Shown: positions 37,034 through 46,848, counted from the first letter of the stretch. The stretch: DNA of 64,000 nucleotides from Candidatus Kaiserbacteria bacterium (GCA_016186695.1 JACPLC010000005.1:64852-128851), one strand, 5' to 3'. Made by a program: numbers and translations. Notes: a model not told the origin generated them from the letters alone.

Positions 37034-37723
37034 ATGAATCAGTACGAAGTGGAGGTGAAGGCACTGCTTGGGAGCGCGGAGCGCGCCGAAGCAATCCGAA
37101 AAGCGATGAAAAAAGTGGACGCTTCGTGCGCGCTTATCTCAAAAAACAAACAGTTGAATCACTACTTCGAGATCGATAAATTCTTCAAAGATCCCATCCA
37201 CTCCCTTGCCAGCGTGATGCGCGCACATCTTCCCGAGCACGCGATCGAGAAGCTCAAAGATATGGCAGCGCGCGCAAAGCAGTTCTCCTTGCGATCACGA
37301 AACAAGGATGGTGAGGCGCTGCTTGTCGTGAAGGCATCCGTCGACGAAACAACGAGTGAAAACGGTATCGCCCGCATCGAGTTCGAAGAAAAGTTCCCGC
37401 AATCGTTCGACTACCTCGACGAGCTCATTTTGACGAACGGATTCCGCTATCAGGCGAAGTGGTCGCGCGAGCGCGAGGAATATATGTGCCGCGGTGTGAA
37501 CGTCACACTCGACAAGAACGCCGGCTACGGATGGCTCGCAGAATTCGAACGCATCGTCGAAGATGAGGTGAAAGTCGAGGCTGCCCGAAATGAGATCCGC
37601 AGTCTTATGAAAGAACTCGAGGTTGAGGAGCTCGCGCAAGACCGTCTTGAGCGCATGTTCGCTTACTACAACGCCCACTGGCCGGAGTATTACGGCACCG
37701 AGAAAATATTCGTGATAGAGTAA
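37034..37723 (+). CDS. CYTH-domain protein (class IV adenylyl cyclase / triphosphatase-like).
   Basis: N-terminal EVEVK (the ExExK signature), Arg-rich strands RSRNKDGEALLVVK, and acidic EFEEKF. Confidence 0.45.
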   Translation: MNQYEVEVKALLGSAERAEAIRKAMKKVDASCALISKNKQLNHYFEIDKFFKDPIHSLASVMRAHLPEHAIEKLKDMAARAKQFSLRSRNKDGEALLVVKASVDETTSENGIARIEFEEKFPQSFDYLDELILTNGFRYQAKWSREREEYMCRGVNVTLDKNAGYGWLAEFERIVEDEVKVEAARNEIRSLMKELEVEELAQDRLERMFAYYNAHWPEYYGTEKIFVIE

Positions 37724-37729
37724 AGACCC

Positions 37730-38296
37730 ATGTTTTTGTCTGATGCGGATATCAAAAAGGCCGTACAAAAGGGCGAAATAACGCTCGAGCCTTTTAGCGA
37801 AGCCCAGCTTCAGCCCGTCTCCTACGACATTAAACTCGGCAATAAATTCATAACCAACGATGAGAGCTCGACGCACTTTGTCGATCCCTCGCGCAAGATC
37901 TATGCCAAAACGCGCGAGATGGAAGTAAGGGACGGCGAGGAATTCGTGCTTCACCCCGGTATCTCCGTTTTGGGAACTTCCAAAGAATATTTCGGCTCCG
38001 ATGTCTACCTCATTCAAATCGGCGGCAAATCATCGCTCGCGCGGGTCGGGCTCATGGTGCACAACACCGCGGGTATCATCAACCCCGGCCACTTTCTCCA
38101 CGTGACCTTCGAAATGACCAACCAGAGCAATGTTCCCATCATCTTGCGCCCCAGCATGGAGATCGCGCAGATAACATTCTCGATGATCTCCTCGCCGCCG
38201 GAGCGGAACTACCGCGCGGTGGGACGTTTCGCAAAAGACAACTGGAATCATTTCACCCCCGCCAAAAAGAACGGCCGCCGTTCGCTCAAAAAATAA
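37730..38296 (+). CDS. dcd: dCTP deaminase.
   Basis: MFLSDADIKKAV...LEPFSEAQLQPVSYDIKLG, dUTPase-like fold. Confidence 0.7.
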   Translation: MFLSDADIKKAVQKGEITLEPFSEAQLQPVSYDIKLGNKFITNDESSTHFVDPSRKIYAKTREMEVRDGEEFVLHPGISVLGTSKEYFGSDVYLIQIGGKSSLARVGLMVHNTAGIINPGHFLHVTFEMTNQSNVPIILRPSMEIAQITFSMISSPPERNYRAVGRFAKDNWNHFTPAKKNGRRSLKK

Positions 38297-38299
38297 CGT

Positions 38300-39283
38300 A
38301 TGGACCGTCATCCCGAGTATCAATACCTCGATCTATTAAAAGAAACGCTCGAGGTTGGTGAAGAACAGACAGACAAAGGGACGGGTGTTAAAACATACAG
38401 CATCTTCGGGCGGCAGATCCGTTTTGACCTTTCACAAAATCCGCCAGCTGGCGGATTCCCTCTTCTCACCACAAAAAAAGTGTACTGGAATGGTGTCATC
38501 CACGAGCTTTATTGGTTCCTCTCCGGACAATCCAACATCAAGTACCTCGTCGATCGGGGCGTGCATATTTGGGATGACTATCCGTACAAGATCTACAAGG
38601 AGAAAGTCGAGAAAGGCAACGCCCCCGACATGGGCAAGGACGAATTCATTGCGAAGATAAGAGATGATGCGGCGTTTGCAAAAGAGCATGGCGAGCTTCC
38701 CCACATCTACGGCGAGAGTTGGCGGCGGTGGCCTGCAAGAGACGGCCGGAGTGTTGACCAGCTCGGGTGGGCGATAGAAGAGCTGCGAAAGGACCCCGAT
38801 GCACACAATACACTCGTTACGTCGTGGAATCCCGAATACCTTTACAGCATGGCTGCGCCCGGAGAGGGGGCGCGCTTCCCTATTTGTCATAACATGTACC
38901 AGCTCAATATAAAGCGGGGCCGCGTCTGCATGCAGCTCTACCAGAGAAGCGGCGATATTTTTCTCGGCATTCCGTTCAACATCGCGAGCTATTCACTTCT
39001 CACCTCAATCGTCGCAAAGATCCTCGGGCGCGAGGCCGGAGAATTCGTGCATACCTTTGGCGACCTCCACATCTACGAAAATCATCGCGAGCAAGCGAAA
39101 GAACAACTGGCGCGGAGCCCGAATGCATTTCCAACTATTTCGTTTACCCAAGAATTTGATTCCCTCGATTCATTCAAACCGGAGTACGTGCAGCTGAATG
39201 ATTACAATCCGCATCCCCCTATCAAAGCAGAGCTCACGATCGCCGGCGGCTACAACAAAGCACTGCACGGGACAAAAGCATGA
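38300..39283 (+). CDS. thyA: Thymidylate synthase (ThyA type, with insertions).
   Basis: IRFDLSQN.FPLLTTKKVYWNGVIHELYWFLSGQSNIKYL...PICHNMYQL...DLHIYENH. Confidence 0.85.
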   Translation: MDRHPEYQYLDLLKETLEVGEEQTDKGTGVKTYSIFGRQIRFDLSQNPPAGGFPLLTTKKVYWNGVIHELYWFLSGQSNIKYLVDRGVHIWDDYPYKIYKEKVEKGNAPDMGKDEFIAKIRDDAAFAKEHGELPHIYGESWRRWPARDGRSVDQLGWAIEELRKDPDAHNTLVTSWNPEYLYSMAAPGEGARFPICHNMYQLNIKRGRVCMQLYQRSGDIFLGIPFNIASYSLLTSIVAKILGREAGEFVHTFGDLHIYENHREQAKEQLARSPNAFPTISFTQEFDSLDSFKPEYVQLNDYNPHPPIKAELTIAGGYNKALHGTKA

Positions 39284-39897
39284 CCCGCGGGAAATTTATC
39301 GTACTCGAAGGCGGAGAGGGCTCCGGCAAGACGACTTTCGGAGAGCGGCTCAAACTTGAATTCCCCGAAATCGTCTACACGCAAGATCCCGGGGGCACGC
39401 CGCTCGGCGAGAAAATACGAGACCTCTTGATGGCGGACGAGACGGCGGGTATAGACGCGCGAGTCGAGCTACTGCTTTTTCTTGCGGGGCGTGCGCAACT
39501 TGTGACAGAGATCATTAAGCCCGCACTTGAGAGTGGGAAAAATGTGATATCGAACCGCTTCGGCCTCTCCTCTATCGCCTATCAAGTATACGGGCGCGAA
39601 CGTCCCGAACTCTTGTCACTCTATAGTTCTGTTTCAGCAGAGATCCTGCAGGGGTGCGTGCCCGATGCATGCATATTGCTTGACGTCACACCGGAGACGG
39701 GTGCTGCGCGCGTGCATGCTCGGCCCGAAACACCGACCCGCTTCGACAAGGAATCGCTCGATTTTCACGCACGCGTGCGCGAAGGCCTCAAAAAGCACGT
39801 CGGCGAATTCGGCAAACCATTCATCATCGATTCGGAAAAGCCGTTGGAGGAGGTCTGGACGGAAGTGAGAAATATCGTACAATCAATTCTTCAATAA
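39280..39897 (+). CDS. tmk: Thymidylate kinase.
   Basis: P-loop FIVLEGGEGSGKTT and the DRY-like region. Confidence 0.85.
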   Translation: MTRGKFIVLEGGEGSGKTTFGERLKLEFPEIVYTQDPGGTPLGEKIRDLLMADETAGIDARVELLLFLAGRAQLVTEIIKPALESGKNVISNRFGLSSIAYQVYGRERPELLSLYSSVSAEILQGCVPDACILLDVTPETGAARVHARPETPTRFDKESLDFHARVREGLKKHVGEFGKPFIIDSEKPLEEVWTEVRNIVQSILQ

Positions 39898-39949
39898 CCC
39901 CCTATGGTCTAGCAAACGTACATACCTTTATCCGTTTTCATTCAAACGT

Positions 39950-41212
39950 ATGTACGACTACGTCAAGAAACAAGACAAGGAAGTATTTGAGGCGCTCGAA
40001 GGAGAAGAAAGAAGACAGGCGGAAGGGATCGAGTTGATCCCCTCGGAAAACTATGTCTCGCGCGCAGTTCGCGAGGCAAATTTCTCTAATCTCACGAATA
40101 AATATTCCGAGGGGTATCCCGGCAAGCGCTACTACGGCGGGCAGACGTACACCGACATCGTTGAAAATATCGCGCGCGACCGCGCAAAACAGCTTTTTGA
40201 TTGTAAGTTTGCGAACGTCCAGCCGCATGCTGGCGCAAACGCCAACATTGGCCTCTACTTCGCCCTCCTCGAGCCGGGCGACACGGTGCTTGGCATGGAC
40301 CTCTCGCACGGCGGCCATCTCACACACGGACATCCTGTCACGTACCTTACGAAAATCTTCAGGTTTGTTCGCTACAAGATGAAAAATGTGGATACGGGCG
40401 AGATCGACTACGATGAAATGCGCGAGGTGGCAAAGAAAGAAAAACCAAAGATTGTCCTTGCCGGCTACTCCGCCTATCCGCGCGAGCTCAACTATGCGAA
40501 GTTCGTTGAGATCGCGCGCGAGGTTGGCGCCTACGCGGTGATGGATATCGCACACATTGCAGGCCTGATCGCCGGCAAGGCCATGAAAAACCCCTTTGAC
40601 GCCGGTTTCGACATCATGACGACGACTACCCACAAGACGCTCCGCGGTCCGCGCGGCGGCATGATACTGACGCGCGAGAACGAGGAGGTCGCGAAGAAAA
40701 TCGACAAAAGCATTTTCCCAGGGCTTCAGGGCGGCCCGCTTATGAACACGATCGCTGGGAAGGCCGTGTGCTTCGGCGAAGCCCTCTCGCCGAAATTCAA
40801 AAAATACGCCGTACAGATTCTCAAGAACGCAAAAGCAATGGAGGAGGTCTTCCGGAAAGCAGAAATTCGCATGCTTACGGGCGGTACCGACAGCCATCTT
40901 ATCCTTGCCGATGTATTCGGCTCGATCGGCATGCCCGGAAAAGAAGCGGAGACGCTTCTCGACGAGGTCGGCATCACGCTCAACAAAAACGCTATCGCCG
41001 ACGACACGCGAGGACCGATGGATCCTTCAGGCATCCGCTTCGGGCCGCCCGCTATCACAACGCGCGGCTTCAAAGAGAAAGAGTGCGCGCGCGTCGCGGA
41101 GCTGATGGTAGAGGCGATGAAAAACAAGGACGACAAAAAGAAGCTCGGTGCGATCCGCGAAGAAATCCGCACACTTTGCAAAAAATTCCCGATACCGGAC
41201 GTATTCGTCTAA
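39950..41212 (+). CDS. glyA: Serine hydroxymethyltransferase.
   Basis: IELIPSENYVSRAV...TTTHKTLRGPRGG. Confidence 0.9.
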   Translation: MYDYVKKQDKEVFEALEGEERRQAEGIELIPSENYVSRAVREANFSNLTNKYSEGYPGKRYYGGQTYTDIVENIARDRAKQLFDCKFANVQPHAGANANIGLYFALLEPGDTVLGMDLSHGGHLTHGHPVTYLTKIFRFVRYKMKNVDTGEIDYDEMREVAKKEKPKIVLAGYSAYPRELNYAKFVEIAREVGAYAVMDIAHIAGLIAGKAMKNPFDAGFDIMTTTTHKTLRGPRGGMILTRENEEVAKKIDKSIFPGLQGGPLMNTIAGKAVCFGEALSPKFKKYAVQILKNAKAMEEVFRKAEIRMLTGGTDSHLILADVFGSIGMPGKEAETLLDEVGITLNKNAIADDTRGPMDPSGIRFGPPAITTRGFKEKECARVAELMVEAMKNKDDKKKLGAIREEIRTLCKKFPIPDVFV

Positions 41213-41231
41213 CCAGCGCCAAACGTATATA

Positions 41232-41849
41232 ATGCCCGAATTCATGTTCGGCATCGACCTTCTTTCGCTCGTGCAGCTCGTCGGCTACCCCGGCATCTTC
41301 GCGATGATATTCGCGGAATCCGGCATCCTCATCGGCGTCTTTTTCCCCGGTGCCTCGCTTCTCTTTGCTTCCGGCGTCCTTGCCGCGGCGGGCGTTTTCA
41401 ACATCTGGATTCTCCTTACGGGGGTCATCGTCGCGGCCGTCGCCGGCGACAGCGTCGGCTATTGGTTTGGGACGAAGGTGGGAACCGCACTCTACACGCG
41501 GCCCGACACGCGCTTCTTCAGGAAGGAGTACATCGAAAAGACCAAACTATTCTTCGATAAATACGGGACGCGTACCGTCCTCGTTGCGCGCTTCATCCCC
41601 ATCGTCCGTACCTTTGCGCCAATCCTCGCGGGCGTCGGCTCGATGACCTACAAGACTTTCCTCTTCTACAACGTCCTCGGTGCCTTTCTCTGGGCAGGCG
41701 GCGTGACGCTCCTCGGCTACACCTTAGGCAGGAGTATCCCCGACGCTGAAAAGTTTATTCTCCCGCTCGTGCTCATCATCGTCGGCTTCACACTGATACC
41801 TCTGGCGGTGCACTGGTGGCAAAATAGAGACGTGACGCCAAAGCAGTAA
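41232..41849 (+). CDS. DedA-family (SNARE-associated / VTT-domain) membrane protein.
   Basis: FIPIVRTFAPILAGVGSMTYKTFLFYNVLGAFLWAGG. Confidence 0.7.
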   Translation: MPEFMFGIDLLSLVQLVGYPGIFAMIFAESGILIGVFFPGASLLFASGVLAAAGVFNIWILLTGVIVAAVAGDSVGYWFGTKVGTALYTRPDTRFFRKEYIEKTKLFFDKYGTRTVLVARFIPIVRTFAPILAGVGSMTYKTFLFYNVLGAFLWAGGVTLLGYTLGRSIPDAEKFILPLVLIIVGFTLIPLAVHWWQNRDVTPKQ

Positions 41850-41851
41850 CT

Positions 41852-42619
41852 ATGAGCTCTCCGCGCGCCGTCGTCTTCGACCTCGACAACACGCTTGCGC
41901 TCGCCTTCGAGCACCTCTCGGCGCGCACGGCCAAAGGTCTCTCGCAACTTCTCGAACTGATCCCTGTCGCGGTCATGAGCGGCGCGACGATCGAGCGCAT
42001 GGAAGAGTACGTGCTTCCCACCCTTCCTAGCGATGCCAAACTCGCAAACCTCTACCTCTTCCCCAACACCGGCGCGAGCTGCTACGTGTGGAAGAAGGGA
42101 GAGTGGCAGCGCGCATACCATCACGCCTTCACCAGAGAGGAGTTCGACGCGGCCGTCGCGGCTGTTTCGGAAGGCATCGAGAAAACGGGAATCGTCGAGG
42201 GGGCGCCGCAGTGGGGAGAGCGCATAGTCGCCCGCGAAAATCAAATCACGTTTGCAGGCATTGGCGTCGACGCGCCTGCCGACAAAAAGCGCGCGTGGGA
42301 TCCCGATCGCGCCAAGCGTGCAAAACTGAAAGCGTTTCTCGATGAAAAACTTGCGGGATTCGACTTCGACATACGTGTCTCCAGCCGTACCGCCATCGAC
42401 ATCACAAAAACCGGTATCAACAAGGCGCTCGGCGTGCGCTGGCTCGCTAAGCATCTGGGCGTCGAGCCAAAAGATATGCTATTCGTTGGCGACGACCTAA
42501 AGCCCCACGGCAACGACGCGGTAGTTATCCCGACCGGCATTCAAATACGCGAGACCTCCGGCCCCGAAGAGACGGCGGCTATCATCGAAGAGCTCATCGG
42601 TGCGAGCGATCCGACATGA
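41852..42619 (+). CDS. HAD-superfamily hydrolase (IIB); paralog of the gene at 19601..20326.
   Basis: VVFDLDNTLA and the C-terminal motifs VGDDLKPHGND. Confidence 0.65.
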   Translation: MSSPRAVVFDLDNTLALAFEHLSARTAKGLSQLLELIPVAVMSGATIERMEEYVLPTLPSDAKLANLYLFPNTGASCYVWKKGEWQRAYHHAFTREEFDAAVAAVSEGIEKTGIVEGAPQWGERIVARENQITFAGIGVDAPADKKRAWDPDRAKRAKLKAFLDEKLAGFDFDIRVSSRTAIDITKTGINKALGVRWLAKHLGVEPKDMLFVGDDLKPHGNDAVVIPTGIQIRETSGPEETAAIIEELIGASDPT

Positions 42620-42656
42620 ATGGGGTTTGCTGTTTATAACAAGATTGTTCAAAAAG

Positions 42657-42679
42657 AAAATAGGTGGTACACCTATTTT
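42657..42679 (+). terminator. Perfect 10-bp hairpin downstream of the HAD gene.
   Basis: AAAATAGGTG-GTA-CACCTATTTT. Confidence 0.35.
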
Positions 42680-42723
42680 GGTGAAAGCACGGTGCTCTCA
42701 TCCACGAACACGGGAGACTCTCC

Positions 42724-43077
42724 ATGGGTAGAGCAGGCCACGGACGAAGGGCGTTCAAGACGCCCGCAGGCCGCGCGCACGATGCGCGAGACGCGCTTAT
42801 AGGGACGCTCGGCAGACTGAAAGAAGAGCTTGAAAAGGGACATGAGGTTGCGGCGACGCAATTTCAGAACGAACTTCTCTCAGTCTTCGCGACGGCCGAG
42901 TCGGTTCGAACGTTCGGCATGCCAGTACAAAAATGTCAGAACCTTCTCAAGCGCGATCCGAGCAAATACGAGGTGCTCGAACACCTCGTGATGAAGAAGT
43001 TGCACTCCGGTTCGGGGCCAACCGTCATCTTCGGAATCCTGCGCTGGAAGGCGCGCGAGCTCGGTGTTCCGATCTGA
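42724..43077 (+). CDS. Hypothetical protein.
   Basis: 117-aa ORF followed immediately by a strong terminator. The true start is uncertain. Confidence 0.35.
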   Translation: MGRAGHGRRAFKTPAGRAHDARDALIGTLGRLKEELEKGHEVAATQFQNELLSVFATAESVRTFGMPVQKCQNLLKRDPSKYEVLEHLVMKKLHSGSGPTVIFGILRWKARELGVPI

Positions 43078-43108
43078 CGCCAAAATACGCCATCACGCTT
43101 GCTCTTGT

Positions 43109-43136
43109 GGCCGCCCCTCAAGGCGGCCGCTTTTTT
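43109..43136 (+). terminator. Rho-independent terminator.
   Basis: GGCCGCC-CCTCAA-GGCGGCC followed by GCTTTTTTG. Confidence 0.65.
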
Positions 43137-43208
43137 GCCGATTTGACCCCGCAAAACACGTACGTCTTGGTCCCTCATGGCGGCAAGGTCTCGCCTTGCC
43201 ATTCCTCT

Positions 43209-43613
43209 CTAGCGGATGCGAACCGAGCTTGAATTGATGTTGGAGTGGTAAGAGATGTAGGTGCCACCGCCACTGCCTCCCTGCCCACCCACCACGCCGC
43301 CATTTGCGCCGTTCCCTCCTCCTCCAGAAATCGAACCCCCCGCGCCGCCCGCAGCTCCGGCTGCTCCCGGCGCCTGCATCCAGACGGAACCTCCAGAGTT
43401 TGAGTAGCCGCTACCGTAATTTGAATAGCCGAAGTATGACGCATATGTCGGAACAGAGAAGAACTGCACTTGAGGAGCGTATGGCAATGCCCAATAGGGG
43501 TACGCATACGCACGCGGCACGGAAACGGCAGCATACGCGATGAACGCACTTGCCACGGCAATGCCGAGAGAAACTGTCACTACCCTATTTCGCTGAACTG
43601 GTGTCGAACTCAT
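43209..43613 (-). CDS. Secreted Gly-rich protein; a member of the C-terminal-module family (ends ...NINSSSVRIR).
   Basis: Signal/TM segment, an aromatic YxY segment, then GAAGAAGGAGGSISGGGGNGANGGVVGGQGGSGGG and the C-terminal motif. Confidence 0.6.
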   Translation of the reverse strand: MSSTPVQRNRVVTVSLGIAVASAFIAYAAVSVPRAYAYPYWALPYAPQVQFFSVPTYASYFGYSNYGSGYSNSGGSVWMQAPGAAGAAGGAGGSISGGGGNGANGGVVGGQGGSGGGTYISYHSNINSSSVRIR

Positions 43614-43630
43614 ATAAGTGATTAACGATA

Positions 43631-43663
43631 AATAAAAAAGCGACGCCTTCCGAAGAAGTGTCG
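43631..43663 (-). terminator. Intrinsic terminator/attenuator hairpin inside the 5' leader of gene 43209..43613.
   Basis: Minus strand AGCGAC-(15 nt)-GTCGCT followed by TTTTTTATTTAT; about 20 nt upstream of the ATG. Confidence 0.45.
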
Positions 43664-43688
43664 CTGCCTACTAATAATTATGATGTAT

Positions 43689-43736
43689 TGCAACATCGTG
43701 CGTGCTCACTTCGCCGTTTCCCGAAGCCAAGCAGAC
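43689..43736 (-). promoter_or_regulatory. Conserved 48-nt leader element, copy A.
   Basis: Minus strand GTGTCTGCTTGGCTTCGGGAAACGGCGAAGTGAGCACGCACGATGTTG. About 85% identical to the copy at 46642..46690. Confidence 0.5.
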
Positions 43737-43876
43737 ACGACTCTATTTTACGCCTGCGCCCGAGCGATGACTATTGACACCAAGAGCACGCTGTTTGCTA
43801 GAGAACTAGAGAATCAGCGGATTGGCCGGGATGGCGCGATACTCGTGGCAGACCGCTAAACATCGCAATGCCTCAA

Positions 43877-43905
43877 GGCCGCCACCTCGGCGGCCTTTTT
43901 GTTTG
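43877..43905 (+). terminator. Orphan Rho-independent terminator (a paralog of the one at 43109) with no annotated upstream plus-strand gene.
   Basis: GGCCGCC-ACCTC-GGCGGCC followed by TTTTTGTTTG. Confidence 0.55.
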
Positions 43906-43945
43906 TCATTTTGACCCGCCAGAGTCTATATAGTAGAGTGCCCAC

Positions 43946-44257
43946 GTGAATCAGTGGATACAAGATAATTGGCTTAAAGTCTTAGCGATTCTCTTTGCGC
44001 TTGGTGCCTTGGCGCCCGTCCCCTATTTTGCCTACTACCAGATGATGAATTGGATCGTCGTTGGCGCAGCGCTCACCACCGCATGGCAAGCATATAAACA
44101 GAAGAACAATTGGCTTTTGTGGCTGTTTATACTCGTTGCTGTCATTTTCAATCCTATCGCTCCTCTCTACTTTTCGGCAGACATATGGCGCATCGCTGAT
44201 ATCGTCGCGGCAATTCTCTTCATAATTTCGTTTTTCATACTTAAGCCAACGAAGTAA
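43946..44257 (+). CDS. Small membrane protein (3 TM).
   Basis: GTG start; hydrophobic throughout. Confidence 0.35.
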   Translation: MNQWIQDNWLKVLAILFALGALAPVPYFAYYQMMNWIVVGAALTTAWQAYKQKNNWLLWLFILVAVIFNPIAPLYFSADIWRIADIVAAILFIISFFILKPTK

Positions 44258-44312
44258 GTGCTGTCAAAACAAAAGAGCCCTTCGCGGGCTCTTTTGTTTT
44301 TACTAATAATGT

Positions 44313-46502
44313 TTAGTCCGCTATGTATTCCCACACTGCATCGATGAACGTGTCTGCGTTCTCGGTCGGTGCCGACCACGCCAGCTTGAACCCGTACGGG
44401 CTTCCACCTGTACCCGGCACGATCGAGTAGCCGTTGACGAGAGCAATGTTGTCGCTGCTCTCTGCTGAGTAATAGATACAGACAACGCCCGCAGCGGAGG
44501 AACCGAGACCGGGACACAACGCCAAGTCAGCAGCTGACTCTTCCGAGTTCGGACCTGCGGCAATCACCTCGGCGTCGGTCAGATCTTTGTTGGCCGGAAT
44601 CTGGAGAGTCATGATCGTCCCGAAGTCTTGCCCGAATTCGCTTCCGGGAGGCAGCGGACCGGCGTGGGCATCCAGCCCGATACCGCCACGGATCGTCTCG
44701 CCTGACACGAGTGGCGTCAGCGCAGAGCGTCCAGCAGGACCGGGCGCACCTGTTGCACCCGTTGCCCCAGTTGGGCCAGCCGGACCAGTCTCGCCTTGGA
44801 CTCCTTGGATACCCTGTGCGCCAGTCGCTCCCGTTGCACCTTGCGGACCCGGGTCGCCCTGCACTCCCTGTGGTCCTTGTGCACCAGTCGCACCTTGAGG
44901 ACCTATTGGGCCTTGCGGACCTCGACAGTCGAGAGCATTAATCACCGAATCACCATTTACGTCTTCTGTGGAGAAGTCTTGAACTCCGTTGCCGTTGAGA
45001 TCCCAACAACTTAGCCCAGTAGGACCTTGGAGTCCTTGCGGACCCGTGAGGCCGGTTGGCCCGGTAGGGCCTGCCGGACCAGCAGGACCAGTTGCGCCCT
45101 GCGGACCTTCGGGGCCTGCCGGACCAGTTGGACCAGTATCACCCGTCGCGCCTGTTGGACCGATTGGTCCTGTGGGGCCTGCCGGACCAGCAGGACCAGT
45201 GTCTCCTTGTGCGCCTACAGCTCCTGTTTCTCCTTGCGCACCAGTTGCACCGGTTGCTCCTGTTTCTCCTTGCGCACCAGTTGCACCGGTCGCACCAGTC
45301 AACCCGACTGGACCTTGCGGACCCTCCGGACCTGCTGGACCGGTTGGGCCTTCTGGACCAGCTGGACCCATTGGACCAGTCTCGCCTGCCGGACCCGCGG
45401 GACCCATCGGACCATCGGCACCTTGTGGGCCTGCGGGACCTGTCTCACCAGTCAAGCCGATTGGGCCTTGAGGACCTGTTGGGCCAATCGCGCCTGTCTC
45501 GCCTGCTGGTCCTTGTGGACCCACCTCACCCTGCGGACCTGCAGGACCTTGTGGACCCTGAGCACCTTCAGCTCCAGGCTCTCCGGCTGCACCTTCGGCA
45601 CCCGGCGCACCTTCTGCTCCTGGTGCGCCATCACAAACGTAGCTCGTGGAAGTTATTTCTTCAGCGTCCAGTACGGCGTTGTTGTTTGCATCAATACCAG
45701 ACTCTACTTTTTGCCCACCAGCTGCGCAGTTCTCTCCTGCCGGCTCACTAGTCACAACAACCAATGCCTCCGAACCGTCTTCGCCATCTGTTCCATCTGT
45801 GCCGTTGACACCATCCGCGCCATCAACCCCATCACAGATATAACTTGTCGTAACCGGGCCTTCGCCCACGCTCGTTTCAACTTTCTTTCCACCTGCAAGG
45901 CAGTTCTCGCTCAGAGCGGGTTCGTCGGTCACGACAACGTTTGCAGATTCTCCGTCGGCACCTGCCGGACCTTGGGAGCCAACGTCACCCGGCGGACCTT
46001 GTGCACCATCTTCTCCGTCAGCACCCGCAGGACCAGTCGGACCTGGGTCACCCTGCGGACCCTGTTCACCCTGAGGCCCTTGTGTGCCGTCCTCACCATC
46101 GGCGCCGGAAGGACCCTGCGCGCCATCTTCTCCGTCAGCTCCCGTCGACCCAGTTGGCCCCGGATCACCTTGCGGACCTTGTGGGCCGGTTTCTCCTTGT
46201 GAGCCGGTTGCACCGGGCTCTCCCTGCGGACCCTGTTCTCCCTGAGGGCCTTGCGGACCTTGTTCTCCTCGAGGACCCTGAACGGATCTCCCGATCGATG
46301 CATTGACACCCCCTTCTCCTTCACCGCAGTTGAACCTGCTGAATGGCGAGCTGGTTGCATTACTGCCTATGCAAAAATCCAAGCGAAGTTGTGCATACGC
46401 TCTCGGAACAGAAACTCCGGCAAACAACATCAAACCAAACGCACTCGCGATCGTCAGCAAGACCAATTTCCTTTCCCTCACCACATGTAGAACACTGTTC
46501 AT
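44313..46502 (-). CDS. Secreted collagen-like (Gly-X-Y triple-helix repeat) protein with interspersed Cys-containing modules and a C-terminal globular domain.
   Basis: More than 150 GXY triplets ([14 protein letters not shown]...). Two roughly 40-aa non-collagen modules ([20 protein letters not shown]...YICDG). TTG start with an alternative ATG two codons upstream. Confidence 0.8.
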   Translation of the reverse strand: MNSVLHVVRERKLVLLTIASAFGLMLFAGVSVPRAYAQLRLDFCIGSNATSSPFSRFNCGEGEGGVNASIGRSVQGPRGEQGPQGPQGEQGPQGEPGATGSQGETGPQGPQGDPGPTGSTGADGEDGAQGPSGADGEDGTQGPQGEQGPQGDPGPTGPAGADGEDGAQGPPGDVGSQGPAGADGESANVVVTDEPALSENCLAGGKKVETSVGEGPVTTSYICDGVDGADGVNGTDGTDGEDGSEALVVVTSEPAGENCAAGGQKVESGIDANNNAVLDAEEITSTSYVCDGAPGAEGAPGAEGAAGEPGAEGAQGPQGPAGPQGEVGPQGPAGETGAIGPTGPQGPIGLTGETGPAGPQGADGPMGPAGPAGETGPMGPAGPEGPTGPAGPEGPQGPVGLTGATGATGAQGETGATGATGAQGETGAVGAQGDTGPAGPAGPTGPIGPTGATGDTGPTGPAGPEGPQGATGPAGPAGPTGPTGLTGPQGLQGPTGLSCWDLNGNGVQDFSTEDVNGDSVINALDCRGPQGPIGPQGATGAQGPQGVQGDPGPQGATGATGAQGIQGVQGETGPAGPTGATGATGAPGPAGRSALTPLVSGETIRGGIGLDAHAGPLPPGSEFGQDFGTIMTLQIPANKDLTDAEVIAAGPNSEESAADLALCPGLGSSAAGVVCIYYSAESSDNIALVNGYSIVPGTGGSPYGFKLAWSAPTENADTFIDAVWEYIAD

Positions 46503-46560
46503 ACCATTATAGTAGTTACTAATTTCTTGTAATCGCTAATAAACGGCCGACCAAAACTAC

Positions 46561-46599
46561 CCAAAAGAAAAAACTGCTTTGCGCCTACACGCAAAACAG
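46561..46599 (-). terminator. Intrinsic terminator/attenuator in the leader of the collagen-like gene.
   Basis: Minus strand CTGTTTTGCG-TGTAGG-CGCAAAGCAG followed by TTTTTTCTTTTGGG; about 60-100 nt upstream of the start. Confidence 0.5.
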
Positions 46600-46641
46600 T
46601 CCATCTTTGTGATGAATAACTCCCGAACCGCGTTTTCGGTT

Positions 46642-46690
46642 CCAACATCATGCGTGCTTCCTTCACCGTTTCCCGAAGTCAAGCAGGCAC
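46642..46690 (-). promoter_or_regulatory. Conserved 48-nt leader element, copy B.
   Basis: Minus strand GTGCCTGCTTGACTTCGGGAAACGGTGAAGGAAGCACGCATGATGTTGG. Confidence 0.5.
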
Positions 46691-46826
46691 ATAACAATCG
46701 TATACCTCAGGAGAGCGGCCTGTAGATTTAGTTCTGTGGAAAAGTCAGAAATCCCAGGAAAAATCTGTGTGCATCGCTGGGGAAACCGTGGGGACAACGC
46801 TGGGGACAGTTCCAAGACACAACATA

Positions 46827-46848
46827 CCAACATTCTTGAGAATGTTGG
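46827..46848. promoter_or_regulatory. 22-bp palindrome (candidate operator) immediately upstream of TATAAT and the ArsR-like gene.
   Basis: CCAACATTCT-TG-AGAATGTTGG, then TATAAT at 46851..46856. Confidence 0.55.

Noticed and set aside
44313-46502. Highly periodic repeats (collagen GXY triplets; the 27-aa Gly/Ser repeats at 58899..59570) that could be mistaken for CRISPR or other non-coding arrays.
   Set aside because: They have 9-nt or irregular periods and lie inside long ORFs with signal peptides. There are no repeat-spacer structures and no cas genes.
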